Source: Candidatus Blackburnbacteria bacterium | GTDB taxonomy: Bacteria; Patescibacteriota; Microgenomatia; UBA8517; UBA10165 | Assembly: GCA_016183565.1 (NCBI GenBank) | Contig: JACPEJ010000001.1 | Span: 48,196-112,195, forward strand | Direction of reading: 5' to 3' | Length of the DNA stretch: 64,000 bases | Part shown: positions 54,203 through 63,999 of the stretch, one piece after another | Layout: each line of letters starts with the position of its first letter | Position numbering within the stretch: position 1 is the stretch's first letter | Program-made: the position numbers and the translations under genes | Notes under the pieces: generated by a model | Told to the model about the DNA's origin: nothing | What the model saw: only the letters and a program-made list of their open reading frames with translations | Databases searched by the model: none

Positions 54203-54844
54203 TTAGCTAAACATCTTTAGTTTTCTTCGCTTAAATAAGAGGAAGACGAGAAAGATGAGTATTGCACCTGCGGCCAGTGCTTGAAGTTTTGACTCTGTGC
54301 TTTCGAGACCTCTTACTAGGGAGCCGAACGTTGATAGACCAATAAAACCAAAATAGAGGAAGAGTAGGTCTCTGAAGTATGTTCCGACGAGCGTGGCGGT
54401 GATGTAGGTTTTTTTGTTGACTTTGATGGTGCCACATACTACTGAGACGAGGGTGCTTGAGATAATTGGCAGGGTTCTTAGGATAGTAAGTACTACGATA
54501 TCGCGATAGCCTTGGTTGAGGTGTTTTCCGATGCCTTCTATTTCTTTGTGAGTTACCCCGAATATTTTACCGAACTTTCCGATTACAATGTCTTCTGCTT
54601 TGTCTGCTGCAAAATAGAGAACGTACGCACCAAGTACTTTTCCCATTGCACCAAATGCTGCAAGCCATAGAAGTATTGATAGAGGTTTTCCTTGAAGTGC
54701 TGTTACAGAACCGGCTGCTATTGGTATGAAGGGAGATGGGAGAGGGGCAATTACTTCTTCGATTATGGAGCCTAAGAACATGAAGATTTCGAGAGGGACT
54801 TTGTCTGAGTAGGATATAATTAGTGATTCGATTTGTGTGAACAT
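54203..54844 (-). CDS. DedA/VTT domain membrane protein
   Basis: EEVIAPLPS...AG, R.LPII...G. Confidence 0.85.
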   Translation of the reverse strand: MFTQIESLIISYSDKVPLEIFMFLGSIIEEVIAPLPSPFIPIAAGSVTALQGKPLSILLWLAAFGAMGKVLGAYVLYFAADKAEDIVIGKFGKIFGVTHKEIEGIGKHLNQGYRDIVVLTILRTLPIISSTLVSVVCGTIKVNKKTYITATLVGTYFRDLLFLYFGFIGLSTFGSLVRGLESTESKLQALAAGAILIFLVFLLFKRRKLKMFS

Positions 54845-54861
54845 ATAGTTATTTTTGTGGT

Positions 54862-55254
54862 TTATTGTATGGTTTTTTCGTAGGAAACTACCCCGCCGGA
54901 TTTTAGCACAAAGTCAACAGAGAGTTTAATGTTTTTTACATCCTTGTGGTATGTGCAAACTTTGTGGGAGCATGTACCGAGCAACAGACTTCTTGAGAGC
55001 CTCCTTTTTCTTTTGGGAAGGTTTATTGTGCCTCCTGCACCTTGTGGGCCTTTGTTGGAGTCATAAGTGAGTTCATAGGAGATGGATTTTAGATTTTGTA
55101 TACTCGTGAAGTTTACTACTACTGAACGTTTGTTTCTTGTTTTGTAAGCTGAGACTTTGGGGTTTGAGGCTCCTAATACTTCTTTTGTGAAGGTTAGAGA
55201 AAAAAGGGATAGGGTTAGTGTGGCAAGAAGCAGGGCAGTTAGTAGTTTTCGCAC
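54862..55254 (-). CDS. Secreted hypothetical protein (SYELTY...QG..G...LGTCS..VC.YH family)
   Basis: Signal-peptide-like VRKLLTALLLATL; start uncertain. Confidence 0.7.
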   Translation of the reverse strand: MRKLLTALLLATLTLSLFSLTFTKEVLGASNPKVSAYKTRNKRSVVVNFTSIQNLKSISYELTYDSNKGPQGAGGTINLPKRKRRLSRSLLLGTCSHKVCTYHKDVKNIKLSVDFVLKSGGVVSYEKTIQ

Positions 55255-55347
55255 TTGTTCATTATTCCATGGTATTTGTTTTCTTTCAACAGTAAGGGTG
55301 GGTTTTTGGTTGTTTGGCGAGATTAGGAAAGATGAAGCGTTTTTCAA

Positions 55348-55377
55348 AACAGATAGCCGCTGTTGCGGCTATCTGTT
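55348..55377 (-). terminator. Strong intrinsic terminator hairpin
   Basis: 13-bp perfect stem aacagatagccgc/gcggctatctgtt, T run on minus strand. Confidence 0.75.
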
Positions 55378-55412
55378 GCTACCCTGATTAATTTATTAGG
55401 TAAGTTTTTAGA

Positions 55413-55568
55413 TTATCCTCCTCCTTTCCCTGTGCGTCCATGTGCTTGCGGGTTACTATATTGCCCTCTATGTTGGCTTTCCATCTCTCGGTTAGAAAGC
55501 TTTCCAGGTAATTCATCCTGGTAATGTGAAATTGTGTAACCTTGCTTACGTTGGACAATGCGACTCAT
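55413..55568 (-). other. Candidate 51-aa small ORF or structured small RNA
   Basis: TAAGAT 6 nt upstream of ATG; two internal hairpins; terminator downstream. Confidence 0.4.
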
Positions 55569-55744
55569 TTTTTGATCTTAGCTTTGCCTTTTTGGGTGAT
55601 TTCGGACCAACCTTTGGTTTTTCTTGAACGTTTTTAGACTAGTGCTTAGGTTTAAGAAAATGGAGAAAGATGTGTAATAAACAAGTAAGGAAGAGGGGTT
55701 TTTACTGGCTCGCGCTTGGGGGGCTTGGCTTCGTGCTGTATAAT

Positions 55745-56419
55745 ATGGGTGTGTTAAATAAAATACTGATTGTTGAGGATGATGAAGATTTGCGCGATTC
55801 CCTGAGAGATTTCTTTTCGGAGGCTGGTTATTTTGTTAGGACAACAGATGATGGGGTGGGGGCGTTGAGGATTGTTAATAGTGACGAGTTGGATTTGGTT
55901 ATTTTGGACTTGGGTTTGCCGGTTATGAGTGGAGAGAGTGTTTGTTTAGAGATTAGGAAAAAACATCCTTCGTTACCTGTTATTATACTTACAGCTCGCG
56001 ATACTACTCCGGATGTTATAAATGGTCTTAATTTGGGGGCAGATGATTATGTTACAAAGCCCTTTGTGATGGAGGAGCTTTTGGCTCGTGCTAAAGCAAG
56101 ACTTCGGGCTAGGGAGGGTAATGACAAACTGATTGTTGGGGACTTAGAGCTTGATAATATTACATTAGAGGTGTGGCGAGGTAAGAAATTAATTCAATTG
56201 ACCCCTCAGGAGTTTAAGCTATTGCAGTATTTGATGGCTAATAGAGGTCGAGTTTTAACAAGGGATGCAATTCTTAACAAAGTTTGGTTTTACTCGCCTG
56301 AGGTAGAGACGAGAGTTGTGGATGTTTATGTTGGTTATTTACGGCGAAAGATTGATGGTGATGCTCGGAAAAAGCTAATTCGTTCTGTACGAGGATTTGG
56401 ATATGTAATAAAAGAGTAG
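55745..56419 (+). CDS. OmpR-family response regulator
   Basis: ILIVEDD, DLVILDLGLP, LTARD, GADDYVTKPF, VDVYVGYLRRKI, VRGFGY. Confidence 0.95.
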   Translation: MGVLNKILIVEDDEDLRDSLRDFFSEAGYFVRTTDDGVGALRIVNSDELDLVILDLGLPVMSGESVCLEIRKKHPSLPVIILTARDTTPDVINGLNLGADDYVTKPFVMEELLARAKARLRAREGNDKLIVGDLELDNITLEVWRGKKLIQLTPQEFKLLQYLMANRGRVLTRDAILNKVWFYSPEVETRVVDVYVGYLRRKIDGDARKKLIRSVRGFGYVIKE

Positions 56420-56811
56420 ATAAAGGAAGGTTGTTTATTATCTACTTTTATCTCATGGGGGTGGTGAAGAGGGTGTAGAAGTGGTCTACAATTGTTCCTC
56501 TGAATAATTTTTTAATTGAACTTTTACTTGTTTTTGTTTGGTGCGAGAGGATTTTCTCGTTCATGCGGGAGATGTACGAGAAACCTCGTGAGGAGCGTTC
56601 TGACTGGTGTGTATCTTGCCAGTGTTGTTTTGTTTCCTCTTGGATTGGTCTCTTGATTCCTCTTCCTTGGAGTCCGGTGAGTGTGGAGTAAGGAAAGTGG
56701 CTAATACTTAGTGTGTGGATACTGATGTTTCTGTACTTCATTGTGAATCTACATTTAAACGGAGAGGGTTAAGGAGGGGGATAGAGAAGGGTAAGAAGAT
56801 TGTAAGAAAAC

Positions 56812-58188
56812 CTAGTGTCTGTTTATTGTATCGGCAGAAGAATTGAACCAAGCGACGAAAGAGGCTATGAAGTGACTATCAACTTCTGTGTTTCTGGTTT
56901 TATCGGGGTGGGTGGCCATAATAACCTTTCTTCTGGCTTTTTGGAGTTTTTCTGTATCTCTACCGACAATTTGTCTTACTATTCCCGAGCGGTTTTCTGC
57001 GTATTGATCGAGAAAGGCGGTCCAACCTGCTGGATTGAGAGATTGTACTCGGCCGTGTGGTGTGGTTGCTAAATTTTTGACTAATTCTTGTACTTCTACA
57101 AGTGTCTGCTCTGGTTTGACAAACTCGTCGCTTGCTTTTTCTATAACTCTTGCAACCCCGCGCATAAGACCGTTGGCTCGTGCTTCTGTGATGTCGCGGG
57201 CTGTTGAAAAAGGTCCGATAGGTAGGAGTTTCCAGACTTCTTGCCAAAACTGTCGGGCATCAGTTTGCCATATGGGTCGATTTTGTTCGAGCCATTTTTT
57301 CTCTTTGTCTTCTTTTTCTCTTTGTTGTTTTTTTTTGGCTTCTTCGAATGGATTTGTTCTGTGTGTGCTGTTGTTTTCGCCGTTCCCTCTTAATCCTCTA
57401 AAGTATTCAGCAGCTTCTCTTAACTTATCTTCGGAGGCTGTATTTGGTTCGGCTGTTGTTTCTGGCTCTGGGGCTGGTCCAGTTCCCAAAAGACTGGGAG
57501 ATCGTCTTCTCTCGCGCCAGAGCCTCCCTTCTTCTTCAACTGCTTTTGCTTGTGCCTCATCCTCCGCCTTTCTTCTTTCTTCCTCTTGACGAAGGTATTC
57601 TGTTTGTTGGGCGAGTGCTTCTTTAAGGTGTTGCTCGGCCTTTTCTTTTTGTTTTCTTTCTTCTGTTTCTTCTTGCGCACGCGTTCTTGCCTTTGCTGCT
57701 TCGAACCAATCATCAGGTGTTCTGGAAGCTCTTCTTGTTTGTGCTTCACGGGCTGCGTCGTCTGGGTCAAGAGGTTCTCTTCTTGATTCCGCTCTCTTTG
57801 TATTGACACCAACGGCTCTCCCATTTGTAAAGTCAACCAAATCCTTTTTAGTTGGGAGGACACCTCCTGTTATTCCCAAAAGTTCACGAGTTTGGCGAAT
57901 AATTTCGTCATTTGGGCTATGTCTGGCACAAATTCTTAGGGAAGTAGCCCAATCACCACAGATTGTATCCTGAGCAGCTTCTTTGCTCCCTTTTAAAAAG
58001 GCGGAATCTTCAAAGAGTTTGTCCCAAGCCATAGTTTTTGTTTTGAGATCAATGCTGTGAGGGTCAGAGGGATCAGTTCCAAGTTCCTTTAATCTGATAC
58101 CCCATTCATAGCGAATATCCTCAACTAATTTCACAGGGTTTCGTATTCTTGATTCTGGAGAGTGGGGTTCGGCAGGTGGTACTTCCAT
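56812..58188 (-). CDS. Orphan charged helical protein with C-terminal J-domain-like HPD motif
   Basis: LQKARRKVIMATHPDKT near the C-terminus; coiled-coil middle. Confidence 0.7.
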   Translation of the reverse strand: MEVPPAEPHSPESRIRNPVKLVEDIRYEWGIRLKELGTDPSDPHSIDLKTKTMAWDKLFEDSAFLKGSKEAAQDTICGDWATSLRICARHSPNDEIIRQTRELLGITGGVLPTKKDLVDFTNGRAVGVNTKRAESRREPLDPDDAAREAQTRRASRTPDDWFEAAKARTRAQEETEERKQKEKAEQHLKEALAQQTEYLRQEEERRKAEDEAQAKAVEEEGRLWRERRRSPSLLGTGPAPEPETTAEPNTASEDKLREAAEYFRGLRGNGENNSTHRTNPFEEAKKKQQREKEDKEKKWLEQNRPIWQTDARQFWQEVWKLLPIGPFSTARDITEARANGLMRGVARVIEKASDEFVKPEQTLVEVQELVKNLATTPHGRVQSLNPAGWTAFLDQYAENRSGIVRQIVGRDTEKLQKARRKVIMATHPDKTRNTEVDSHFIASFVAWFNSSADTINRH

Positions 58189-58268
58189 CTTATTAAATAT
58201 AAATCTCTTTGTATTAACAAAGCAAATTTTCTTTGCTTAGGGGAACATCATAGGATATAATATTGAGT

Positions 58269-60299
58269 ATGGCAGAGGTACCCAGGGGAGCACAAGAAGG
58301 GAGAGAAGTTTATCCACCGTCAGACTTTGGGCTTGCACAGCGGGGGATTGATCGTATCGAGAAAATTTCCCAAGACGAAATTACAACAGAAGACATGAGC
58401 GCTTGGCATGGATTGCGAAGGGAAAGAGCGAGGCTTTTTGCTGAACCGGAGGTTGCCCCTGCGCTTGGTGCCGCAAAGATTGCTTTGGGTGCAGCTTTGG
58501 AAAGGGCGCTTGATGAAGGGAAGGGTGGAGCGCTGGGGGTGGCTACTTACATTCAGAAAAACAGGGCATCAATTCATTCAGAAATTAGGGCTCTTGTTGA
58601 CCCTCTCTTGAGTAGTAAACCGGAAAGGCATTTGGGTATGGGTTCGTGGTATGTTGATCGCGCTCTCGATAGAATGTATGCAACTTTTGCTCAGAGGGCT
58701 GGGATAGATATAAGCAACAACCCTCGACTTGCTTCTGCGCTTCGTCCTGAGGATTTTGAGTGGGAACTTCCGGAAAATTGGGAAGGAAGGGTGGGACAGC
58801 GGGGGCCGGAACCAGTAGGGGTTGGGGTAGTCAACGGTGGTGGCCCAAGAGGGCCAGAACCATCACCAGCAGGCGGTGGTACCGAAGCTGGAGCTGGTGG
58901 GCCGGGTGGGCCTAGGGAACCGGGTTTGCCTCCATCTCCTCTGCCGCGGGGGTCAGAACGTGGGGAGGCCCCGCGTGAGGGGAGGATGTTTTCGTTGCGT
59001 TGGACAAGGCTTCATGGTTTACCTGATGTTTTACCACCCGCTCCTGCTCTTGGGGTGAATAGGTCGTTATCTTCGTCTGTTGTGCTAAGCCAGATCTACG
59101 AATCGGGGTTTTCCCAATTTCTTTTAAGACAAGCGGAAGTAATAGTTGGTTCATCCGAAGAGGATGAGTTTCAGGCAGCAGTTTCTTCAGGCCTTTTTCC
59201 TTTAATGGCTCTTGATAGAGCAATGAGGGCGAGTAGAATAGATTCTGTTTCTGAAACCATGCGCTCTAGTGGGCCTTCTCCTGAGGGGGTGAGTAGGTGG
59301 CTTAGGATAGATCAGGAGACGCGTCGTTGTTTAACTCTTTTGTTAAGGCTTCAGGGGTATGAAGTTGCTGATGAGGGAGGGGTTCATGATGAGGTGGTAA
59401 ATTTACAGCGCGTTGGCCACTCTGATCTTGATTATCTTTTTCCTCAGTCAACAGTGAGATTACAAGGGGTAGGGCATAGATTTTCGGAGGTTGTGGGTAG
59501 AAACAGAGAGGGGGAAATCGACCCTAGATCCGGAATAACGCCGGGGGAAATAAGTAAATATTTGGAGGCAGTAAGACAAGCGGTTGGGGTAGCACCTGGG
59601 GTTTCCACGGACATGGGAGTTGTGAGACTTGCGTATACTATTTTCCGATATTTTGGGTTTCCACACGCCAATGGCAAGATGTTGGAGTTATATGAAGAAC
59701 TTTATGATCGCCGAACAGGAAGAGGAGATTTAGCCTATCAGGATATAAGGCCACTTGTGGATCAGACTACGGTTCCAGACGCTCGCAAAAAGTTGAGGGA
59801 TGTATTGGCGGAAGGTAGAAGTGTAGTTACAGGGGAACGAGTTGGAGGTGTAGTTGCTTTTGCGGAGGCTTTGGAGCTTATAAGACAAGAGCAAATTGTG
59901 CGGGATTGGGCCGATCTTCAGAGATTATTAGATTTGAAAGATGCCGTGAGTGCACTAAGAGAGGGAAGAGGGCCAGAAGCAGGCAGGTTGGAATATGACG
60001 ACAGAGTGAGGGGTTTGCAAGATCTGATGAAAAATGAGTTTGGAATACTTGATGTTAAACGTAAGCTTACTGATGAAACGGTGGTAAGGTTAAAGGATCC
60101 GCGCAAGGTTTCGACGGTGGAGCCAAGGGGTAAACCTAGTAGATTACAGAGTGAGATAGCGGGGTTTAAAGGAGTTTTGAATGATGCTACGTCTCCTGTT
60201 AGGTTGGCGGAAGGTATAGGTAGTAGTGTTAGAAGATTTTTTGGGGTAGAGGATCTTTATCAGAAGAGAAGACGAGAGAGAGAAGGAAGGGGAAGATAG
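58269..60299 (+). CDS. Orphan hypothetical protein with Pro/Gly-rich linker
   Basis: 676-aa ORF; promoter ttgctt-17-tataat 7 nt before ATG. Confidence 0.75.
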   Translation: MAEVPRGAQEGREVYPPSDFGLAQRGIDRIEKISQDEITTEDMSAWHGLRRERARLFAEPEVAPALGAAKIALGAALERALDEGKGGALGVATYIQKNRASIHSEIRALVDPLLSSKPERHLGMGSWYVDRALDRMYATFAQRAGIDISNNPRLASALRPEDFEWELPENWEGRVGQRGPEPVGVGVVNGGGPRGPEPSPAGGGTEAGAGGPGGPREPGLPPSPLPRGSERGEAPREGRMFSLRWTRLHGLPDVLPPAPALGVNRSLSSSVVLSQIYESGFSQFLLRQAEVIVGSSEEDEFQAAVSSGLFPLMALDRAMRASRIDSVSETMRSSGPSPEGVSRWLRIDQETRRCLTLLLRLQGYEVADEGGVHDEVVNLQRVGHSDLDYLFPQSTVRLQGVGHRFSEVVGRNREGEIDPRSGITPGEISKYLEAVRQAVGVAPGVSTDMGVVRLAYTIFRYFGFPHANGKMLELYEELYDRRTGRGDLAYQDIRPLVDQTTVPDARKKLRDVLAEGRSVVTGERVGGVVAFAEALELIRQEQIVRDWADLQRLLDLKDAVSALREGRGPEAGRLEYDDRVRGLQDLMKNEFGILDVKRKLTDETVVRLKDPRKVSTVEPRGKPSRLQSEIAGFKGVLNDATSPVRLAEGIGSSVRRFFGVEDLYQKRRREREGRGR

Positions 60300-60334
60300 T
60301 AGACTCTCCCCTGGGTAGATAAATAGGGAGAAGC

Positions 60335-61741
60335 TTACCTTCTTCCGCCACCTATACCTCCTAGGATGCGGGATCCTGCAGACCATAGTCCACTTGCAGT
60401 GGCTCCTGTAGCTCGTCGTGATCTTGCTTCCATATAGCCAGAAGCAGGTTGGGTAATAGTCGTTCCGACTGCTTGACCTACGGCAAATCCTAGGCCTCTT
60501 ATGCCAAAGGCGTTTCTGACGGCGCCAGGGACTTGGTGTACTATTAATAAGATTCCAATTCCTATAAGAAGAGGCAAAGCAGAGGCGATTATTCCTCCTC
60601 CGGCTAAAAGTGGCGGGCTCCATAAGTTTCCTCCTGCAACTTTTGTTATTGCTCCTCCTAACAGTAAAATAAAAGCGACTGCTACAAAAATTGATAGGTT
60701 TGCTGCGATTCCCTTGATCCAAGCTCCGAATCCCGGCAGGCCTGGGATTACACCTAGAGCAATTTGTAAAGGTCCTAGGATAACCGCCAAAAGTATACCT
60801 ATATAAGCAGTTAGCAGTTCTGTAAAGAGTTTGAAGAGAATATATAGGATAAGCACGAGTAAGACTAACAGGATGATTCCGGCGCCACCTCCAACCAGTA
60901 TCGCTGCAGTGCCTGCAACTGGGTTTAGTAAGCCAAGAAACGCACCTCCAATTATTCCTACTACAGCTGTCAAGCTCAAGGTGATTGCGGTGGCACCTCC
61001 TCCGATTATTCCCCATAAGTGACTCCAGGCGACTCCGAAACCACCAGTTGTGAATTGGTTCTGGAGGTCTGCGGTTGCGGTGGCGGCGGGGTTGTTGCCT
61101 ACGAAAAGGAGGACTACAAGGGAGAGGGCGATATATAAAAGATCAATCATAAAACCGGCGATGGCGTAGGAAAATGTGACTAACAGGAGTCCGATAATTA
61201 TTCTGGGGATTGCGGATTGGATTGTGATAACTGTGCGAGGGTCTAATTTCATCCGGAACATTATTGCCAGACCTATTGCGATGAAAACGATTGTGAATGC
61301 TACATAGGCAAAGTTACGAAATGTTCGCCATAACGGAAGAAGAGCTTCTAGTGCTCTAAAACCTGTTCCGGCGGTTTGTGCGTATGCCGGTTGGATTGGA
61401 TTAAACCTGTGGATTATATCTTGCGTGTAAGCAAGGCCGGAGGCTGGGGGATTGGCATAGAGGGTTGCAATCATTTCGCCAGTTATATTAAGGGCGCCCA
61501 CTTTTAAGTCGTTTGGGCAGCCTGATTTATCTCCACATCCGAGGAGTGTAGTGTTGGCGGAGTTTACGAATCCGGCGAAGGTTCCCTGGTTAAATTTTTG
61601 ATTACTTTGGCCGGGGTTTGAAATGGCTTTTTGGTGTGCATCTAGTGAGTATTGGGCTTTAGCGATAGAAAGAGGGGCGAATAAAAAGGAAAAAAGAAGG
61701 AATGCAAAGAGAGTTTTGTGGCGGAGGATTAGGGAAAGCAT
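60335..61741 (-). CDS. TrbL/VirB6-like polytopic membrane protein
   Basis: PAYAQ..GF..L.pLW..fRNfAY..f...fi.IGl.IMFR.kld..T.vTIQ.aiP.iii.LlLvTFSYAIAGfmIDl; GPLQI..gviPG..GFGAW. Confidence 0.7.
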   Translation of the reverse strand: MLSLILRHKTLFAFLLFSFLFAPLSIAKAQYSLDAHQKAISNPGQSNQKFNQGTFAGFVNSANTTLLGCGDKSGCPNDLKVGALNITGEMIATLYANPPASGLAYTQDIIHRFNPIQPAYAQTAGTGFRALEALLPLWRTFRNFAYVAFTIVFIAIGLAIMFRMKLDPRTVITIQSAIPRIIIGLLLVTFSYAIAGFMIDLLYIALSLVVLLFVGNNPAATATADLQNQFTTGGFGVAWSHLWGIIGGGATAITLSLTAVVGIIGGAFLGLLNPVAGTAAILVGGGAGIILLVLLVLILYILFKLFTELLTAYIGILLAVILGPLQIALGVIPGLPGFGAWIKGIAANLSIFVAVAFILLLGGAITKVAGGNLWSPPLLAGGGIIASALPLLIGIGILLIVHQVPGAVRNAFGIRGLGFAVGQAVGTTITQPASGYMEARSRRATGATASGLWSAGSRILGGIGGGRR

Positions 61742-61802
61742 GGTTTATAGTAGCATTAAACACACGGTTTCTGCAAGATTAAGAAAATGCTATAATTGTC
61801 TT

Positions 61803-62213
61803 ATGGAAATAGAAGTAAACAAGGCTAAGCTTGAGGATATAAGAAAAGAGCATGGACTTCTGCTTATTCTTTTGCATGGTTCACAAGTTAACGGAAGAAC
61901 TCATGAAAAAAGTGATGTCGATATAGCTGTTTTGAGAAAAGACAAGAAGAGTAAATTGAAGCTAATGGAACTGATTAGAGACTTGTCGGTTGCCCTGGGG
62001 ACCGATAAGGTTGATTTAAGTGATTTAACCAATGCAGACCCACTCTTTCTTTTTGTCGCAACAAAGAAAGCAATGCTTTTATCGGGGAAAGAGAGTGATT
62101 TTGAAAAGCTGCAGAAACTAGCTTTTCATAAATACAGCGATTACCTGCCGTTTTTAAAAAAAGAAGAGGAGTTTGTTAGACAGAGGATTAAGAATTATGT
62201 CGCTAATAGATAA
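61803..62213 (+). CDS. Minimal nucleotidyltransferase antitoxin (MntA-like)
   Basis: GSx10DxD motif (GSQVNGRTHEKSDVD), KVDL. Confidence 0.9.
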   Translation: MEIEVNKAKLEDIRKEHGLLLILLHGSQVNGRTHEKSDVDIAVLRKDKKSKLKLMELIRDLSVALGTDKVDLSDLTNADPLFLFVATKKAMLLSGKESDFEKLQKLAFHKYSDYLPFLKKEEEFVRQRIKNYVANR

Positions 62214-62622
62214 ACAGCTTGTTACTAGGAAAGCTAAATTAATCGAGGAGGATCTTGCAAAACTTGAAGATTTTGAAGCAATTTCCTTGGAGCAATATCT
62301 GAAATCTTTAGAAGCTAGGTTGCAAGTAGAGAGACTTCTTGAGAGAATTATCGGGCGAGTGATTGATATTAACTATCATATATTAAGAGAGGAATTTAAG
62401 ATTATTCCTAATGATTACTTTCAATCATTTATGCAGCTTGGAGAGAAAGGTATTATTTCTAAGGATTTTGCAGAGGAAATTGCTGCGTCTACAGGACTCC
62501 GGAATGCTCTTGCTCACGAGTATGATACAGTAGACAGTACTTTGGTGTATGCTTCAATTAAAAAATGTTTAAGAGAGATACCTAAGTATCTGAGTCAGGT
62601 GTTAGAAAAATATTCTAAGTGA
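62197..62622 (+). CDS. HEPN (DUF86/HepT-like) ribonuclease toxin
   Basis: RNALAHEY (Rx4HxY); overlaps MNT gene. Confidence 0.92.
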   Translation: MSLIDKQLVTRKAKLIEEDLAKLEDFEAISLEQYLKSLEARLQVERLLERIIGRVIDINYHILREEFKIIPNDYFQSFMQLGEKGIISKDFAEEIAASTGLRNALAHEYDTVDSTLVYASIKKCLREIPKYLSQVLEKYSK

Positions 62623-62638
62623 AGCAAGTTGCTGTTTT

Positions 62639-63043
62639 CTATGGTGCTACTTCTCTTGTTGCGCTCCATTCTATATTTACAAACTCCGGTTCGACTCCGT
62701 AGTTTCTAAGCCAGCTTTCGGCCTGGCTTTTATATGTATTGTACGGGCTTTTGTTTACTTGAATAAAGAAGTAATCTTGGTCAGGGAAATATTCGACTGT
62801 GTATCCATCACCGTTGTAAGGAAGCTGTTCAATCAGTCTTTTTTTATTGACGACTAGTTGTTCTAGGTTGGGTTTATTTGGTGTTGTGAGACTTTCTCTT
62901 TGTGAGGTTTTTGTTTGTTTTTGGTTGGTTTTAGATGGGTACAAAAATAAGAGTAGAGAGAGGATGACGATAAAACCAATAAGCAACAGAAGCCTTAATT
63001 TACTTTTAAGAAAGAAATTGCCGATAGGGTCAAGGATTTTCAT
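62639..63043 (-). CDS. Membrane-anchored hypothetical protein
   Basis: N-terminal TM; LPY...f.veY...A..WL..yGv. Confidence 0.7.
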   Translation of the reverse strand: MKILDPIGNFFLKSKLRLLLLIGFIVILSLLLFLYPSKTNQKQTKTSQRESLTTPNKPNLEQLVVNKKRLIEQLPYNGDGYTVEYFPDQDYFFIQVNKSPYNTYKSQAESWLRNYGVEPEFVNIEWSATREVAP

Positions 63044-63048
63044 CTCTT

Positions 63049-63999
63049 TTAAAAGTCTACTACATTAGAGTAGGATTTGTATGTTTTTAAAACGTTTTCA
63101 CAATAATTTGTTCCGGCATTTGTTATACAAGAGTCGCCGTGATAGGTGTTAGCAACTCTTAAAATAACGTCGTCTGGCCAGTTTGTGCATTGTCCATCTC
63201 CCATTTGGGCATCCTTCTTTAGTTTGATAGCTGCGGCAACAATTGAGTTTCGGACAATACAGCGCTCTTTTTCCTCGTCTGTTACTTGTGCCCCAAATTT
63301 GCTGCTGACTATGTTTTTGATTTCAGGCAAGATCCCTTTCCATGTATTGAGGTTAAATTGCATTGCTCCCTTTACATTGTCAGTTGGTTTACACTTGGAG
63401 CCTGGTAAGGCGCATGTATCGTAACAATATCCTCTGTTTTTTTGTTCGGTAGTTGCGCTGTCCCACCAGCTGTTGGTCGAGAAGAACCCAACTTCTTCTT
63501 CGGTATACTCAAAGGTCCTTCTTGCCTCGTTGTGCATAATGGCTAGCAGAAGTGGAGGTGGGACACATTGCGATTCAGCAGCGGTTTCTATGATAGAAGA
63601 AAGGGTTGGTGAAGTGACCTGAGTATATGAGACGTCAGTTAAGGTTCCTGTTGAGATGTATGTGCCCATGTCAGGTAGTGTGGATTCGATTAGAAACCTT
63701 GTAGCTCCTCTAAATTCGGCGTTGTCATCGCTTCCTATTTTAGGAAAAGGAGTTTCTGGTGGTTTAGGAAAATTAAGAAATCCTGCCTTGCCGACAAAGA
63801 GATTGAGGAATTTGAAAAGACCGCTGAGGGTTTCTTTCAAACCACCGGTACCAGAAGGTGGGGAGGTGGATACTGTGGGGCTTGGTGCTGAGTCAAGCGT
63901 TTCTGTTTCGCCGTCTGGTAAGAAAATACTTGGCCAAAATTTTCTGCACTTGTCATCATTGACGAGGGCTGATAATCCTTGGCAGTCAGGAACAGATTC
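63049..63999 (-). CDS. Protein with C-terminal lytic transglycosylase-like domain (5' end outside window)
   Basis: Frame is open to the window end; VPPPLLLAIMHNE, GAMQF...TW, SIVAAAIKL, TYHG...Y..NVL. Confidence 0.75.
   Translation of the reverse strand, partial: ESVPDCQGLSALVNDDKCRKFWPSIFLPDGETETLDSAPSPTVSTSPPSGTGGLKETLSGLFKFLNLFVGKAGFLNFPKPPETPFPKIGSDDNAEFRGATRFLIESTLPDMGTYISTGTLTDVSYTQVTSPTLSSIIETAAESQCVPPPLLLAIMHNEARRTFEYTEEEVGFFSTNSWWDSATTEQKNRGYCYDTCALPGSKCKPTDNVKGAMQFNLNTWKGILPEIKNIVSSKFGAQVTDEEKERCIVRNSIVAAAIKLKKDAQMGDGQCTNWPDDVILRVANTYHGDSCITNAGTNYCENVLKTYKSYSNVVDF

Noticed and set aside
56448-56741. 97-aa minus-strand ORF
   Set aside because: Fills an intergenic gap but has no motif, weak promoter signature and unusual composition; not supportable as a gene
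60144-61016. 290-aa alternative-frame ORF
   Set aside because: Frame shadow of the VirB6-like gene
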